Origin: an uncultured Clostridia bacterium
GTDB lineage: Bacteria; Bacillota; Clostridia; Oscillospirales; CAG-272
NCBI GenBank assembly: GCA_937893945.1
Contig: CALCTA010000107.1
Location: forward strand, 1 to 44,940
DNA length: 44,940 nucleotides
Reading direction: 5' to 3'
Shown: piece by piece, positions 8,582-17,936 of the stretch
Numbering within the stretch: the stretch's first letter is position 1
Layout: every line of letters starts with the position of its first letter
The notes under the pieces: generated by a model
What the model was told of the DNA's origin: nothing
The model's input: the letters and a program-made list of their open reading frames with translations, nothing else
Database searches by the model: none
Made by a program: the position numbers and the translations under genes

Positions 8582-9622
8582 ATGGCAATAGTAACTATAA
8601 TCGGCGCGGGAATGATGGGCTCTGCTCTTGCTTTTCCCGCAAGAGAAAACGGCCACGAGGTAAGGCTCGTCGGAACACACCTTGACAGAGAGATCATTGA
8701 CGTCTCTGCCGCTACTAACAGACACCCCAAATTCAATAAGGATTTTCCCGAAGGTCTTAAATTTTATCAGATAGAGGACGTAGAGAAGGCTATAGACGGC
8801 GCTGATATGATAATCGGCGGTGTCAGTAGCTTTGGCGTTGATTGGTTTGCCGATAGTATCCTTCCTCTTATCCCTGAAAGTACTCCGATACTTACCGTAA
8901 CAAAGGGTCTTATGGATACACCTGAGGGCAAGCTTCTTACCTATCCCGATCTTTGGCGCGCAAAGGCGGATAGTCTTGGTAAAAAGCTCTCTCTGAACGC
9001 TGTAGGCGGTCCTTGCACGAGCTACGAGCTTGTAGCGCACGATCAGACAGAGGTCGCATTCTGCGGAGATGACCTTGATACACTCGCAAAGCTCAAGGCT
9101 ATCATGCAGACCGATTACTACCATATCAGCATCACTACTGACGTCAGGGGTATTGAAAGCGCAGTTGCTCTCAAGAACGGCTACGCTCTTGGTATCGCGC
9201 TTACTATAGGTCTCAATCAAAAGGCGTTCGGACTTGACAGCGAGCTTCATTTCAACTCTCAGGCGGCAGTTTTCGGTCAGGCAGTTGAGGAAATGTATAA
9301 GCTTCTCGCTTTTCAAGACTCGCTTACTCTTGAAAATCTCAAGGTCGGCATAGGAGATCTTTACGTTACAGTCTATGGCGGCAGAACCAGACTTGTGGGA
9401 ATTCTGCTTGGCAGAGGACTTAACATAGACGAGGCAAAGGCAGAGCTTAACGGCGTTACGCTTGAGTCTTTGGTCGTAGCTGAGCGTGTTGCAAGAGCTA
9501 TAATCAAGAGCGCTGAGCTTGGCAGAGCAGACCTTGCGGATTTCCCGCTTCTACTTCATATAAACGACGTGCTCACTAAAAAAGCTCCCGTTGACATCCC
9601 GTGGGAGAAATTTACGTTTTAA
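8582..9622 (+). CDS. NAD(P)H-dependent glycerol-3-phosphate dehydrogenase family protein (divergent GpsA-like)
   Basis: Rossmann N-terminus MAIVTIIGAGMMGSALA..NGHEV, plus family-like GGPCTSYELV, ALKNGYALGIAL and GIGDLYVT..GGRTR segments. The ATG at 8582 has AAGGAG 7 nt upstream. The ORF-track start at 8555 lies inside the tsf terminator. Confidence 0.72.
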   Translation: MAIVTIIGAGMMGSALAFPARENGHEVRLVGTHLDREIIDVSAATNRHPKFNKDFPEGLKFYQIEDVEKAIDGADMIIGGVSSFGVDWFADSILPLIPESTPILTVTKGLMDTPEGKLLTYPDLWRAKADSLGKKLSLNAVGGPCTSYELVAHDQTEVAFCGDDLDTLAKLKAIMQTDYYHISITTDVRGIESAVALKNGYALGIALTIGLNQKAFGLDSELHFNSQAAVFGQAVEEMYKLLAFQDSLTLENLKVGIGDLYVTVYGGRTRLVGILLGRGLNIDEAKAELNGVTLESLVVAERVARAIIKSAELGRADLADFPLLLHINDVLTKKAPVDIPWEKFTF

Positions 9623-9626
9623 ACAT

Positions 9627-9660
9627 AAAAAGCTGCAGTTTTTTCAAACTGCAGCTTTTT
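9627..9660. terminator. Bidirectional intrinsic terminator between convergent genes
   Basis: AAAAAGCTGCAGTT (9627-9640) and AACTGCAGCTTTTT (9647-9660) form a perfect GC-cored hairpin. It is flanked by an A-run on one side and a T-run on the other. Confidence 0.78.
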
Positions 9661-9672
9661 ATGTTTGATCGT

Positions 9673-11262
9673 TTATTTTGGATAATTTTGCGGAGTTGAG
9701 GTGGGGCCGTATATCTCGATCCTGTCAATACCGTACTTGCTTGGTGAAAACCTGACTCGGTCTATGCAGATTATTCTGTCTGTGTATTCGGGCGTGGGAC
9801 GGTGGCAATGATAGACTATGAAAAGCTCTCCCGTATTTTCAAGGCGTACGAAGGAGTGGTGTCCTGTGCCGTTAACAGTAGTGCTTCGTGAAAGAATGGG
9901 ACTTCCTTTGTATTTTTCAAATTCTCCGAGCGGAGAGTCGCAGGTAGCGTATCCAACGGCGTAATCCTTAGAGGAATAATGGCTTCCTGAATAAGTGAGA
10001 TAATAGGTGCCGTTGTGCTTGAGGATAGCTGGGCCCTCGGCTATTCTTTCACCTTGCTCCTCCCATGTAAGCGAGGCTGTCAGCAAAAGCTTTTCAGAGC
10101 CTTCTATGACTGACGAGAGCGTAGGATCAAGCTCACAGCCGTAAATTCCGTAGGTAGATCGCCATGAGACGTAGTAGAGATAAACTCTGCCGTCGTCATC
10201 AAAGAACAAGTGACCGTCTATCGTGGACTCAAGTAGAGGTGTCTCGGGAGCGATAAACGGGCCTAAGGGAGAGTCGGAGACCGCTATTCCAAGATCGTTT
10301 GAGTTTGAGAATACCATATAGAACTTTCCGTCCTTGACAGATACCTCGGGAGCCCAGAACTTTCCGCCGGGATTATCCCATGCACCGTCAAGGCAAACAC
10401 CCATATCAGTCCAATTAACGAGGTCTTCAGACTCATAAACTTTGAATCCACGCCAATATGAAGTTGAATACAGATAGTATTTTCCTTCCCAATATATTAC
10501 CTGAGGGTCGGCAAGGCTCTTGTCTGATACGGGGTTCGTGAATTGCGGCCCGTCTCCCGAAAGTCCCGTATCGTAAAGCGAATCAGCACCGTATACTGCT
10601 ATCTCGCCGAAGGAAGCGGCTCTGCCGTCGTCGATATATCCAAGTAAAGTGCCGCCGTTATCCTCAGCGTCACTTATTTCTATCTCAGGCCAGGGAATGA
10701 TATCAGATGAAAGATCATCAAGGAAATACAAGCGCAGTGTTTGTCCCGCGCGCTCGATTCTCAGCTTGATCTGCTGCTTCATATCAAGATGCTCGATAGC
10801 GTGAGATATTATTTCATTTACTGAAACTACGTCATCGGAGGATACCGTTACTGTATTCAAGGATACCTTGCGTTGCGTTATAATAAAGGCGTATCCGCTG
10901 TATTTAGCGTCCTCCGCTTCTTTTGCAGAAAAAACGATGCCCGCCTTTGCTGACATGATTTTGAGCGATATATCAACTTCCGCAGCAAAATCTCCTTTTA
11001 TCTTGTCTTCGCTGTAGAGTGCGACAGAGTATTTGGGGTTACTGATGTTGGCGTCCTTATCCTCGGGCGCGACTATATTCTCACCCGAGAGATAATACGG
11101 CTTGCTCGTATAGTCAAAAGAGTCCGCAACGACAGGGAGCTGCTCTGTGGCGAGCGCCTCTGTTTCCGTGGGCGCATCGGTCTGCTCGCCGTCAGAAGAA
11201 TTGCAGGCGGCTGTCACAGCTAAGAGCGCGAGGATCAGTAGCATCAAAATAATTTTTTTCAT
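9673..11262 (-). CDS. Lipoprotein: glycoside hydrolase family 43 (five-bladed propeller) with an N-terminal jelly-roll-like domain
   Basis: Signal peptide plus lipobox LLAVTAAC. GH43-like blocks are ADPQVIYWEGKYYLYSTS, FWAPEVSVKDGKFYMVFS, IDGHLFFDDDGRVYLYY and AEGPAILKHNGTYYLTYSG. GGGAGG SD lies upstream of the ATG. Confidence 0.85.
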   Translation of the reverse strand: MKKIILMLLILALLAVTAACNSSDGEQTDAPTETEALATEQLPVVADSFDYTSKPYYLSGENIVAPEDKDANISNPKYSVALYSEDKIKGDFAAEVDISLKIMSAKAGIVFSAKEAEDAKYSGYAFIITQRKVSLNTVTVSSDDVVSVNEIISHAIEHLDMKQQIKLRIERAGQTLRLYFLDDLSSDIIPWPEIEISDAEDNGGTLLGYIDDGRAASFGEIAVYGADSLYDTGLSGDGPQFTNPVSDKSLADPQVIYWEGKYYLYSTSYWRGFKVYESEDLVNWTDMGVCLDGAWDNPGGKFWAPEVSVKDGKFYMVFSNSNDLGIAVSDSPLGPFIAPETPLLESTIDGHLFFDDDGRVYLYYVSWRSTYGIYGCELDPTLSSVIEGSEKLLLTASLTWEEQGERIAEGPAILKHNGTYYLTYSGSHYSSKDYAVGYATCDSPLGEFEKYKGSPILSRSTTVNGTGHHSFVRLENTGELFIVYHCHRPTPEYTDRIICIDRVRFSPSKYGIDRIEIYGPTSTPQNYPK

Positions 11263-11291
11263 AAGGTGCCTCCCGAAATTTGTCTGTAATA

Positions 11292-11320
11292 ATTATACAC
11301 TCTGCTGGCTTACTTGTCAA
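11292..11320 (-). promoter_or_regulatory. Sigma-A promoter of the GH43 gene
   Basis: On the minus strand: TTGACA (11315-11320), a 17-nt spacer, then TATAAT (11292-11297). Confidence 0.6.
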
Positions 11321-11377
11321 GCACTGTCTGAAAATGAAAAAAAGAATGAATAATTATGAAAAATATTCATTCTGATA

Positions 11378-11406
11378 TTGACTTTTTGCAAAATAAGATT
11401 TATAAT
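11378..11406 (+). promoter_or_regulatory. Sigma-A promoter of the nusB..recN operon
   Basis: TTGACT (11378-11383), a 17-nt spacer, then TATAAT (11401-11406). Confidence 0.6.
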
Positions 11407-11475
11407 ATATTAGTATGGATTTTTATGCCCACAGGCATTTTTAATACCTCTGCTGAAAAGAAAGGAAAACTGATA

Positions 11476-11907
11476 ATGAGCGGAATTAAAAGAAAAGAGG
11501 CACGAGAATTAGTAGTTGGCCTGCTTTTTGAAACCGAGTTTAAAACTGAAGAAAATTCCAAAGAGATATTTGCGATCTCCTCTGAAAACAGAGATATACC
11601 CGAGGACGAATACGTAAGAGAAGCTTATTTTGGTGTCTGTGATAATAAAGAGCAGATAGATGCTCTTATTGGCGCTCACTCTAACGGTTGGAAGACTTAC
11701 CGCCTTACAAGACTTTCCCGTTCTATAATGCGCCTTGCTACTTACGAAATGCTTTTCTGCGAGGATATACCCTACAGCGTTTCTATCAACGAGGCAATAG
11801 AGCTTACCAAGAAGTTTGACGACCCTAAGGCAAGAGCCTTTGTCAACGGCGTTCTCAACTCCGTAAAGGACGAGCTTGAAGCACTTGCAAGCGCTAAAAA
11901 TGGCTGA
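11476..11907 (+). CDS. nusB: Transcription antitermination factor NusB
   Basis: MSGIKRKEARELVVGLLFE.. and ..YRLTRLSRSIMRLATYEMLF..INEAIELTKKF.....FVNGVLN are typical NusB blocks. The product is 143 aa. The ORF-track start at 11356 would lie upstream of the promoter -10 box. Confidence 0.9.
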   Translation: MSGIKRKEARELVVGLLFETEFKTEENSKEIFAISSENRDIPEDEYVREAYFGVCDNKEQIDALIGAHSNGWKTYRLTRLSRSIMRLATYEMLFCEDIPYSVSINEAIELTKKFDDPKARAFVNGVLNSVKDELEALASAKNG

Positions 11908-12865
11908 AAAGAAAAAATGCTTCGTCGGATTTGACACGAGCAATTACACGACTTCTATAGCGGTAGCCGACGAGGACGGAAGAATAATCGCCAATCTCAA
12001 AGCTCCTCTGCCCGTCAAGAGCGGCGAGAGAGGCTTGCGTCAGTCAGATGCGGTATTTGCGCATATAAAAAATCTTCCGCACCTTACAGATGAGCTGTCA
12101 TTGGCTATAGAGGATCACATCCCCGTCGCAGTAGGCGTTTCTGTAACTCCGAGAAGAACAGAGGGCTCTTATATGCCTTGCTTTCTCTGCGGCATTTCTG
12201 CGGCACATAGCTTTGCGGCAGGTCGCTCTGTTCCGATAATAGAGACCTCTCATCAGCACGGACATATAATGGCTGCTGTCTATTCGTCGGGATGCACCGA
12301 GAGACTTATGAAGCAGAGATTTCTCGCTTTTCACGTCTCGGGCGGAACTACCGAGGCTTTGCTTGTAACGCCAAATGAGAAGGGCACAGACTTTGACATA
12401 GAGCTTGTCGGAGAGACGATGGATATAAACGCAGGACAGGCTATAGACAGAGTTGGGGTCATGATGGGACTTGCTTTCCCTTGCGGAAAAGAGCTTGAAG
12501 CTCTTGCGAGTGAATACACAGGAAAGCCGTATAGACCTAAAATAACCGTCCGTCAGGGCAGATGCAGTCTTTCGGGGGTCGAGAATATAGCAGCTAAGCT
12601 TTACGCCGAGAAAGGCGATAAAAGCGAGGTAGCGGCATTCGTGTTTGACTTTATTTGCAGAAATCTTTGCGAGATGACCTCGCAGATACTTGATAAATAC
12701 GGCAAGCTTCCCGTTCTTTTTGCGGGAGGAGTTATGTCGAATAAGCTTATGAGAAGCGAGATATCCTCACGATTTGAGGCGTATTTCGCAGAGCCCGAAT
12801 TCTCGGCTGACAACGCCGCAGGCGTTGCGCTTCTGACAAGGCTCAAGGCTTTAGAGGAGGAATAA
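11900..12865 (+). CDS. Divergent TsaD/Kae1 (ASKHA, peptidase M22) family paralogue
   Basis: Blocks parallel to TsaD: GFDTSNYTT, HQHGH (H-x2-G-H metal site), VSGGTTE, GQAIDRVG, SLSGVE, AGGVMSN and ADNAAGVA. The ATG at 11900 overlaps the nusB stop at 11905-11907. Confidence 0.7.
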   Translation: MAEKKKCFVGFDTSNYTTSIAVADEDGRIIANLKAPLPVKSGERGLRQSDAVFAHIKNLPHLTDELSLAIEDHIPVAVGVSVTPRRTEGSYMPCFLCGISAAHSFAAGRSVPIIETSHQHGHIMAAVYSSGCTERLMKQRFLAFHVSGGTTEALLVTPNEKGTDFDIELVGETMDINAGQAIDRVGVMMGLAFPCGKELEALASEYTGKPYRPKITVRQGRCSLSGVENIAAKLYAEKGDKSEVAAFVFDFICRNLCEMTSQILDKYGKLPVLFAGGVMSNKLMRSEISSRFEAYFAEPEFSADNAAGVALLTRLKALEEE

Positions 12866-12867
12866 AT

Positions 12868-14109
12868 TTGAACTCAGCATATAATGCGTCCGCGCGCGAC
12901 GGAGCTTTGTCTGTAGGCGAGGTAAACAGATACCTCAAGCTCCTTATGGATAACGACGCGCTTCTTTCAAGCGTGTGCGTGCGCGGAGAGATATCAAATC
13001 TTAAATACCACTCAAGCGGCCACCTTTACTTCACGCTCAAGGATGAGGAAGCAGAGATATCAGCCGTAATGTTTCGTGCATCAGCCGCTTCTATGCGATT
13101 TACCGCAAGAAACGGAATGAAGGTGCGCGCTTACGGACGGGTGTCTATGTACGAGAAGAGCGGCAAATGCCAGATATACGTGTCGGCAATGACCGACGAC
13201 GGCGTGGGCGCTCTTTGGGCAGAATACGAAAGGCTTCAGAGAAAGCTTTCTGCCGAAGGACTTTTTGACGAGGCAAGAAAGAAAAAGCTTCCGAAGCTCC
13301 CTCGCACCATAGGAATAATCACCTCTCCCACGGGAGCGGCGATAAGAGATATGATAAACGTAACCGGCAGAAGATGGCCGTCAGCGAAGATATTGCTCTA
13401 TCCCTCGCTCGTTCAAGGCGCGGATGCACCTGCATCTCTTTGCAGAGGACTTGAGCTTCTCAACGCTTATAATGCCTGCGACGTGATCATAATCGGCAGA
13501 GGCGGCGGCTCTATAGAGGACCTTTGGGCTTTTAACGACGAAAACGTGGTCAGAGCAGTCGCGGCATCCACGATCCCCGTTATCTCTGCGGTAGGACACG
13601 AAAGCGACTTCACGCTTTGCGACTTCGCCGCAGATTGCAGAGCGCCTACGCCCTCGGCGGCGGCAGAGCTCGCGGTACCTGACAGAAACGAATACAGGCA
13701 GAGAGTTGACGATGCTTTCTTTAGAGTTGAGAATGCCTTAAAGAGAGTTAAGAACGATAAAAAGACAGCACTTTTCTCGCTTGGAAAACGTCTTGAGCTT
13801 TGCTCTCCCGTAGCGAGACTTGCAAATGAAAAAAGACTGCTCTCCTTAAAAAGCGCGGCGCTTGATAGGGCGATAAGCGAGAGATACAGACAGAGCACGG
13901 ACGGGCTCAAAACTCTTTCTGGAAAGCTTGCGGCTATGAATCCTTTAGCAGTCCTGAGCCGTGGATATAGCGTTGCTATGGACGAGAACGGTAGAGTGCT
14001 TACCACATCGGCAGGACTTAAGGCAGGCGATAGAATTGCGATAAGCTTCGCAGAGGGAAGCGCAATTACCGAGGTAGTTGAGACAGAAACTGCAACAAAG
14101 GAGAATTGA
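12868..14109 (+). CDS. xseA: Exodeoxyribonuclease VII large subunit
   Basis: OB-fold N-terminus (VRGEISNLKYHSSGHLYFTLKD), the catalytic block GIITSPTGAAIRD..RGGGSIEDLWAFN..VISAVGHESD, and a coiled-coil tail. The start is a TTG with GAGGAGGA upstream. Confidence 0.93.
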   Translation: MNSAYNASARDGALSVGEVNRYLKLLMDNDALLSSVCVRGEISNLKYHSSGHLYFTLKDEEAEISAVMFRASAASMRFTARNGMKVRAYGRVSMYEKSGKCQIYVSAMTDDGVGALWAEYERLQRKLSAEGLFDEARKKKLPKLPRTIGIITSPTGAAIRDMINVTGRRWPSAKILLYPSLVQGADAPASLCRGLELLNAYNACDVIIIGRGGGSIEDLWAFNDENVVRAVAASTIPVISAVGHESDFTLCDFAADCRAPTPSAAAELAVPDRNEYRQRVDDAFFRVENALKRVKNDKKTALFSLGKRLELCSPVARLANEKRLLSLKSAALDRAISERYRQSTDGLKTLSGKLAAMNPLAVLSRGYSVAMDENGRVLTTSAGLKAGDRIAISFAEGSAITEVVETETATKEN

Positions 14110-14110
14110 A

Positions 14111-14356
14111 ATGAGTGTTAATATAGAAAATTTGAGCTTTGAAGAGGCGATGAAGCGCCTTGATGAGATAACAGAGGAGCTTTCACGCGAGGGCGTGAGT
14201 CTTGATAAAGCGCTTTCTCTTTACGAGGAGGGAGTGAAGCTTGCGCGCGTATGCAACGCTAAGCTTGAAGACACCGAAAGAAAGATAAAGATGCTTCAGC
14301 TCTCAAGCGACGGAGAGATATCCGAAAAGGATTTTCTCCCCAATGAAAACGATTGA
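14111..14356 (+). CDS. xseB: Exodeoxyribonuclease VII small subunit
   Basis: LSFEEAMKRLDEITEELSREGVSLDKALSLYEEGVKLARVC is the typical XseB helix-hairpin. The ATG lies 1 nt after the xseA stop. Confidence 0.9.
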   Translation: MSVNIENLSFEEAMKRLDEITEELSREGVSLDKALSLYEEGVKLARVCNAKLEDTERKIKMLQLSSDGEISEKDFLPNEND

Positions 14357-14379
14357 GTGCTTGATGCTCGGAGAAATAT

Positions 14380-15279
14380 ATGAGCTTTGAAAAAATAAAA
14401 GCGGCTCTCGCTGAGAACTCACTTGCCACAGAAGCGGCGCTTGAGAACTTTTTTGGAGATAAAGACAATAGCGGAAGCCTTGAAATAATCATATCGGCAG
14501 AGAAGTATTCATTGCTCGGTGGGGGAAAGCGCATAAGACCGTTCCTTGTCAACGAGGTAGCGCGAATGCTTGGCGCTTCTTGTGAGCTGTCAATGCCGTT
14601 TGCTATAGCGGTTGAAATGGTGCATACCTATTCGCTCATACATGACGATCTGCCTTGTATGGATGATGACGATTTCAGACGCGGCAAGCCATCTAATCAT
14701 AAGGTGTTTGGAGAGGCGTACGCTATGCTCGCAGGAGATGCGCTTCTGACCAACGCCTTTCTTGCGGCGGCATCCAATTCAAGCGTAGAACCTTCCTCTC
14801 TCCGAGAGGCGATATCGGCTATTGCCGATGCGGCAGGCGACGAGGGAATGATAGGCGGACAGGTAACAGACCTTGAGGGTGAAGAAAAGGAGCTTACCTT
14901 TGATGAGCTTCTGAGATTACACTCACTCAAAACGGGAAAAATGATAGAGCTGTCGGCTCTGCTTGGCTGTATAGCCGCAGGATATTCAAGAGATAGTAAG
15001 GAAGCACGCGCGGTCTGTGCATATGCGAGAAATATCGGACTTGCTTTTCAGGCTATAGATGATCTGCTTGACAGAGTCGGAGACGAGGCGGTAGTTGGAA
15101 AAACTCTTTCCTCGGATGCGGATAATCAAAAAACCACTTTCTTGAGCTTCTATGATATTGAAGGCGTAAGAAACTACGCAAGGAGGCTTACAGAAGATGC
15201 TATAAGCGAGATATCGGTAATAGAAGGCTCTGAGCTTCTTTGCGAGCTTGCCTTGTACCTATTAGAACGCGATAACTAA
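14380..15279 (+). CDS. ispA: Polyprenyl (farnesyl/geranylgeranyl) diphosphate synthase
   Basis: First aspartate-rich motif LIHDDLPCMDDDDFRRG and second aspartate-rich motif FQAIDDLLD. Confidence 0.9.
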   Translation: MSFEKIKAALAENSLATEAALENFFGDKDNSGSLEIIISAEKYSLLGGGKRIRPFLVNEVARMLGASCELSMPFAIAVEMVHTYSLIHDDLPCMDDDDFRRGKPSNHKVFGEAYAMLAGDALLTNAFLAAASNSSVEPSSLREAISAIADAAGDEGMIGGQVTDLEGEEKELTFDELLRLHSLKTGKMIELSALLGCIAAGYSRDSKEARAVCAYARNIGLAFQAIDDLLDRVGDEAVVGKTLSSDADNQKTTFLSFYDIEGVRNYARRLTEDAISEISVIEGSELLCELALYLLERDN

Positions 15280-15293
15280 CCACGGAGGAAAAA

Positions 15294-15764
15294 ATGGATA
15301 TAGTATTGGATTCCATAAAGGATTTTTTCGGCAATTATATGCTGATGAGTGCGGTAGTCGCTTGGCTTAGCGCACAGATAATCAAGATATTTACGGGAGC
15401 TTTTCAAAACAGAAAAATGTCGCTCAAGACCTTGCTTTTTTCAAGCGGTGGAATGCCCAGCTCTCACGCGGCGGCAGTAGTTTCGCTCGCAATATCAGCA
15501 GGGCTCAGTCAAGGCTTTGGCTCTCCCGTGTTCGCGGTTTGTGGAATTTTTTCGATCATAGTTATGATAGATGCTTCGGGCGTAAGATACGAGACGGGTA
15601 AGCAATCTCAGGTCATCAATAAGATGATAGATGAGCTTTTCTCGGGAGATATGGATATGCTTAACATGGGACTTAAGGAGCTTGTAGGACATACTCCATT
15701 CCAGGTCTTTATGGGATTTTTGCTCGGTATTGCCGTTGCTATCATAATGTACTTCGTAATGTAA
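15294..15764 (+). CDS. Divergent PAP2 / DUF212 family membrane protein
   Basis: GGMPSSHAAAVVSLA and IDASGVRYETGKQ motifs in a 156-aa multi-TM protein. Confidence 0.78.
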   Translation: MDIVLDSIKDFFGNYMLMSAVVAWLSAQIIKIFTGAFQNRKMSLKTLLFSSGGMPSSHAAAVVSLAISAGLSQGFGSPVFAVCGIFSIIVMIDASGVRYETGKQSQVINKMIDELFSGDMDMLNMGLKELVGHTPFQVFMGFLLGIAVAIIMYFVM

Positions 15765-15765
15765 T

Positions 15766-16548
15766 ATGCGAGCAGACGTTTATTTGCATGCGGCAGGATA
15801 TACCCAAAGCCGCAAAAAAGCACAGGACCTTATAGATGCGGGCGCGGTCATAATTGACGGTGAGGTCATCAAAAAGTCCTCTGCTTCCATAAATGAAACA
15901 GTTGAGCACCAAGTGAAGATAGAGCAGGTCTTTCCGTACGTCAGCCGTGGCGGAGTAAAGCTTGAGGCGGCACTTGATGCCTTTGGGGTCAACGTAAACC
16001 GCAAAAAAGCAGTTGACGTGGGCGCATCAACGGGAGGATTTACCGACTGCCTGCTTAAGCGCGGAGCGCGCTTGGTAGTGGCGGTGGATTCCGGTGTCGG
16101 TCAGCTTCACGAGAGCTTGAGAGAGGATGCGAGAGTAAAATGCGTAGAGCGCTTCAACGCTCGCGAGATGGATCTCTCAACTACCGACGGATATTGCGAT
16201 ATTGCGGTCGCAGATGTTTCGTTTATATCGCAGACCTATATAATCCCCGCGGTAAGTATATGCTTGCAGGACGGCGGAGAGTTTATAAGCCTTGTAAAAC
16301 CGCAGTTTGAGGCAGGGCGGCAGGCGCTCGGAAAGAACGGAATAGTAACTAATTCCGCCTATCGCTTCCTTGCAGCCAAAAGAGTTATCAGCTGTGCGCA
16401 CGAAAACGGATTTGATTGTGTCGGTTTTATCCGTTCTCCAATCGAGGGGGGCGACGGCAACAAGGAATATTTAGCGCATTTCGTAAAAAAAGCGTGCGTA
16501 GAGCCAAAGATAGACGATAAATACATAAAGAGAATCACCTCTCTTTGA
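15766..16548 (+). CDS. tlyA: TlyA family 16S/23S rRNA (cytidine-2'-O)-methyltransferase
   Basis: S4-like N-terminus (RADVYL...SRKKAQDLIDAGAV), the SAM motif DVGASTGGFTDCLLKRGA, and FISLVKPQFE. Confidence 0.9.
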   Translation: MRADVYLHAAGYTQSRKKAQDLIDAGAVIIDGEVIKKSSASINETVEHQVKIEQVFPYVSRGGVKLEAALDAFGVNVNRKKAVDVGASTGGFTDCLLKRGARLVVAVDSGVGQLHESLREDARVKCVERFNAREMDLSTTDGYCDIAVADVSFISQTYIIPAVSICLQDGGEFISLVKPQFEAGRQALGKNGIVTNSAYRFLAAKRVISCAHENGFDCVGFIRSPIEGGDGNKEYLAHFVKKACVEPKIDDKYIKRITSL

Positions 16549-16560
16549 TAAGGAAACGGT

Positions 16561-17439
16561 ATGAGTGATATTAAAAAAATTGCGATAATAACCAATTACA
16601 ATATTCAGGAAAAGCTTGGTGCGGCTGTACAGGTGGCGGATAAGCTATGCGAATTTGTCAATGAAATATACATACCCGAGTCATACCGCGATAGAATAAT
16701 GCGCGCAAGACAGCACCGAGCGGAGTTCTCATATAAGCCGCTTGACGAGATATATCAGAATTCCGACCTCGTGGTCGGAATCGGCGGTGATGGCGTTATG
16801 CTTGAGGCAGCCCGCCGTGCTACCCCTGCGGGAATTCCGATTCTCGGTATCAATATGGGCAGAATAGGTTATATGACAGAGCTTGAAATGACTGAACTTG
16901 ATCTCCTTGATAACATATTTAAAGGAGACTATTACCTTGATGAAAGAGCGATGCTCAGGGTAGAGATAAGATCCTCAAAGGGTAATAATAAGTTCTCGGC
17001 ATACGCACTTAACGAAGCGGTCGTGGCAAACGGAACAACAGCGAGAATAATAGACCTTGAGCTTCTCGACAACGGCAGGCTTGTCAGCGAATACAGAGCA
17101 GACGGTCTTGTAGTGTCAACCCCCACGGGCTCAACAGCCTATTCGCTTTCCGCGGGCGGTCCTATAATAGATCCTAAGCTCTCCTGCTTTTGCGTAACTC
17201 CTATATGTCCGCACTCGCTTATAGCAAGACCGCTTATTTTTCCCGACAGCGCTACGCTTGAGGTAAAGAACACCTGTGTTCGAGAAAAGGTGCTTCACCT
17301 GACGATAGACGGAAGAGCGACATTTGATCTTTACCTTGGTGATACCGTAGTAATTACGAAATCGGCGCTCAAAGCAAAGCTTCTTCGTATAAAGAACGAC
17401 GATTTCTACTTTAAGATCCGTATGAAAAAATTCTTTTAA
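16561..17439 (+). CDS. nadK: NAD(+) kinase
   Basis: GGDGVML, NEAVV and DGLVVSTPTGSTAYSLSAGGPI motifs. Confidence 0.93.
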   Translation: MSDIKKIAIITNYNIQEKLGAAVQVADKLCEFVNEIYIPESYRDRIMRARQHRAEFSYKPLDEIYQNSDLVVGIGGDGVMLEAARRATPAGIPILGINMGRIGYMTELEMTELDLLDNIFKGDYYLDERAMLRVEIRSSKGNNKFSAYALNEAVVANGTTARIIDLELLDNGRLVSEYRADGLVVSTPTGSTAYSLSAGGPIIDPKLSCFCVTPICPHSLIARPLIFPDSATLEVKNTCVREKVLHLTIDGRATFDLYLGDTVVITKSALKAKLLRIKNDDFYFKIRMKKFF

Positions 17440-17452
17440 GAGGTTATCATAG

Positions 17453-17908
17453 ATGAAATCACAGAGACAGGAAAGAATACTTGAGCTTGTGTCCAAGTAT
17501 GAGATAGAGACACAAGAGGATATGATGAGCCGCCTACAGAGTGAAGGCTTCAAGGTAACTCAGGCAACAGTCTCAAGAGACCTTAAGGAGCTTAAGCTCA
17601 CTAAGACGCTCACCGCAAGAGGCACTTACAGATATGCGGTAAATACCGCGAGACATCGTACGGGAAGCGTGAAATTCAACAATGCAATGGTGGATTCGAT
17701 AGTCCACGTTGATTACTCGCTCAATAACGTCGTTATTAAGACCTATCCCGGACTTGCGCAAGCGGTCGCATCGGGCGTTGACGCTCTTAATATGCATAAC
17801 ATTCTCGGCTGTGTTGCAGGCGACGATACTATCATAATCGTTACTCGCGACGTTGAGAGCTCCGCAGAGATAAGCGAGAGCCTCACCGAGCTTATGAAGA
17901 CGTTCTAA
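17453..17908 (+). CDS. argR: Arginine repressor
   Basis: Winged-helix N-terminus (RQERILELVSKYEIETQEDM..GFKVTQATVSRDLKEL) and C-terminal oligomerisation block GCVAGDDTIIIV. Confidence 0.9.
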   Translation: MKSQRQERILELVSKYEIETQEDMMSRLQSEGFKVTQATVSRDLKELKLTKTLTARGTYRYAVNTARHRTGSVKFNNAMVDSIVHVDYSLNNVVIKTYPGLAQAVASGVDALNMHNILGCVAGDDTIIIVTRDVESSAEISESLTELMKTF

Positions 17909-17936
17909 AAGTACTGATTTATTAAGGAGAAGGACT

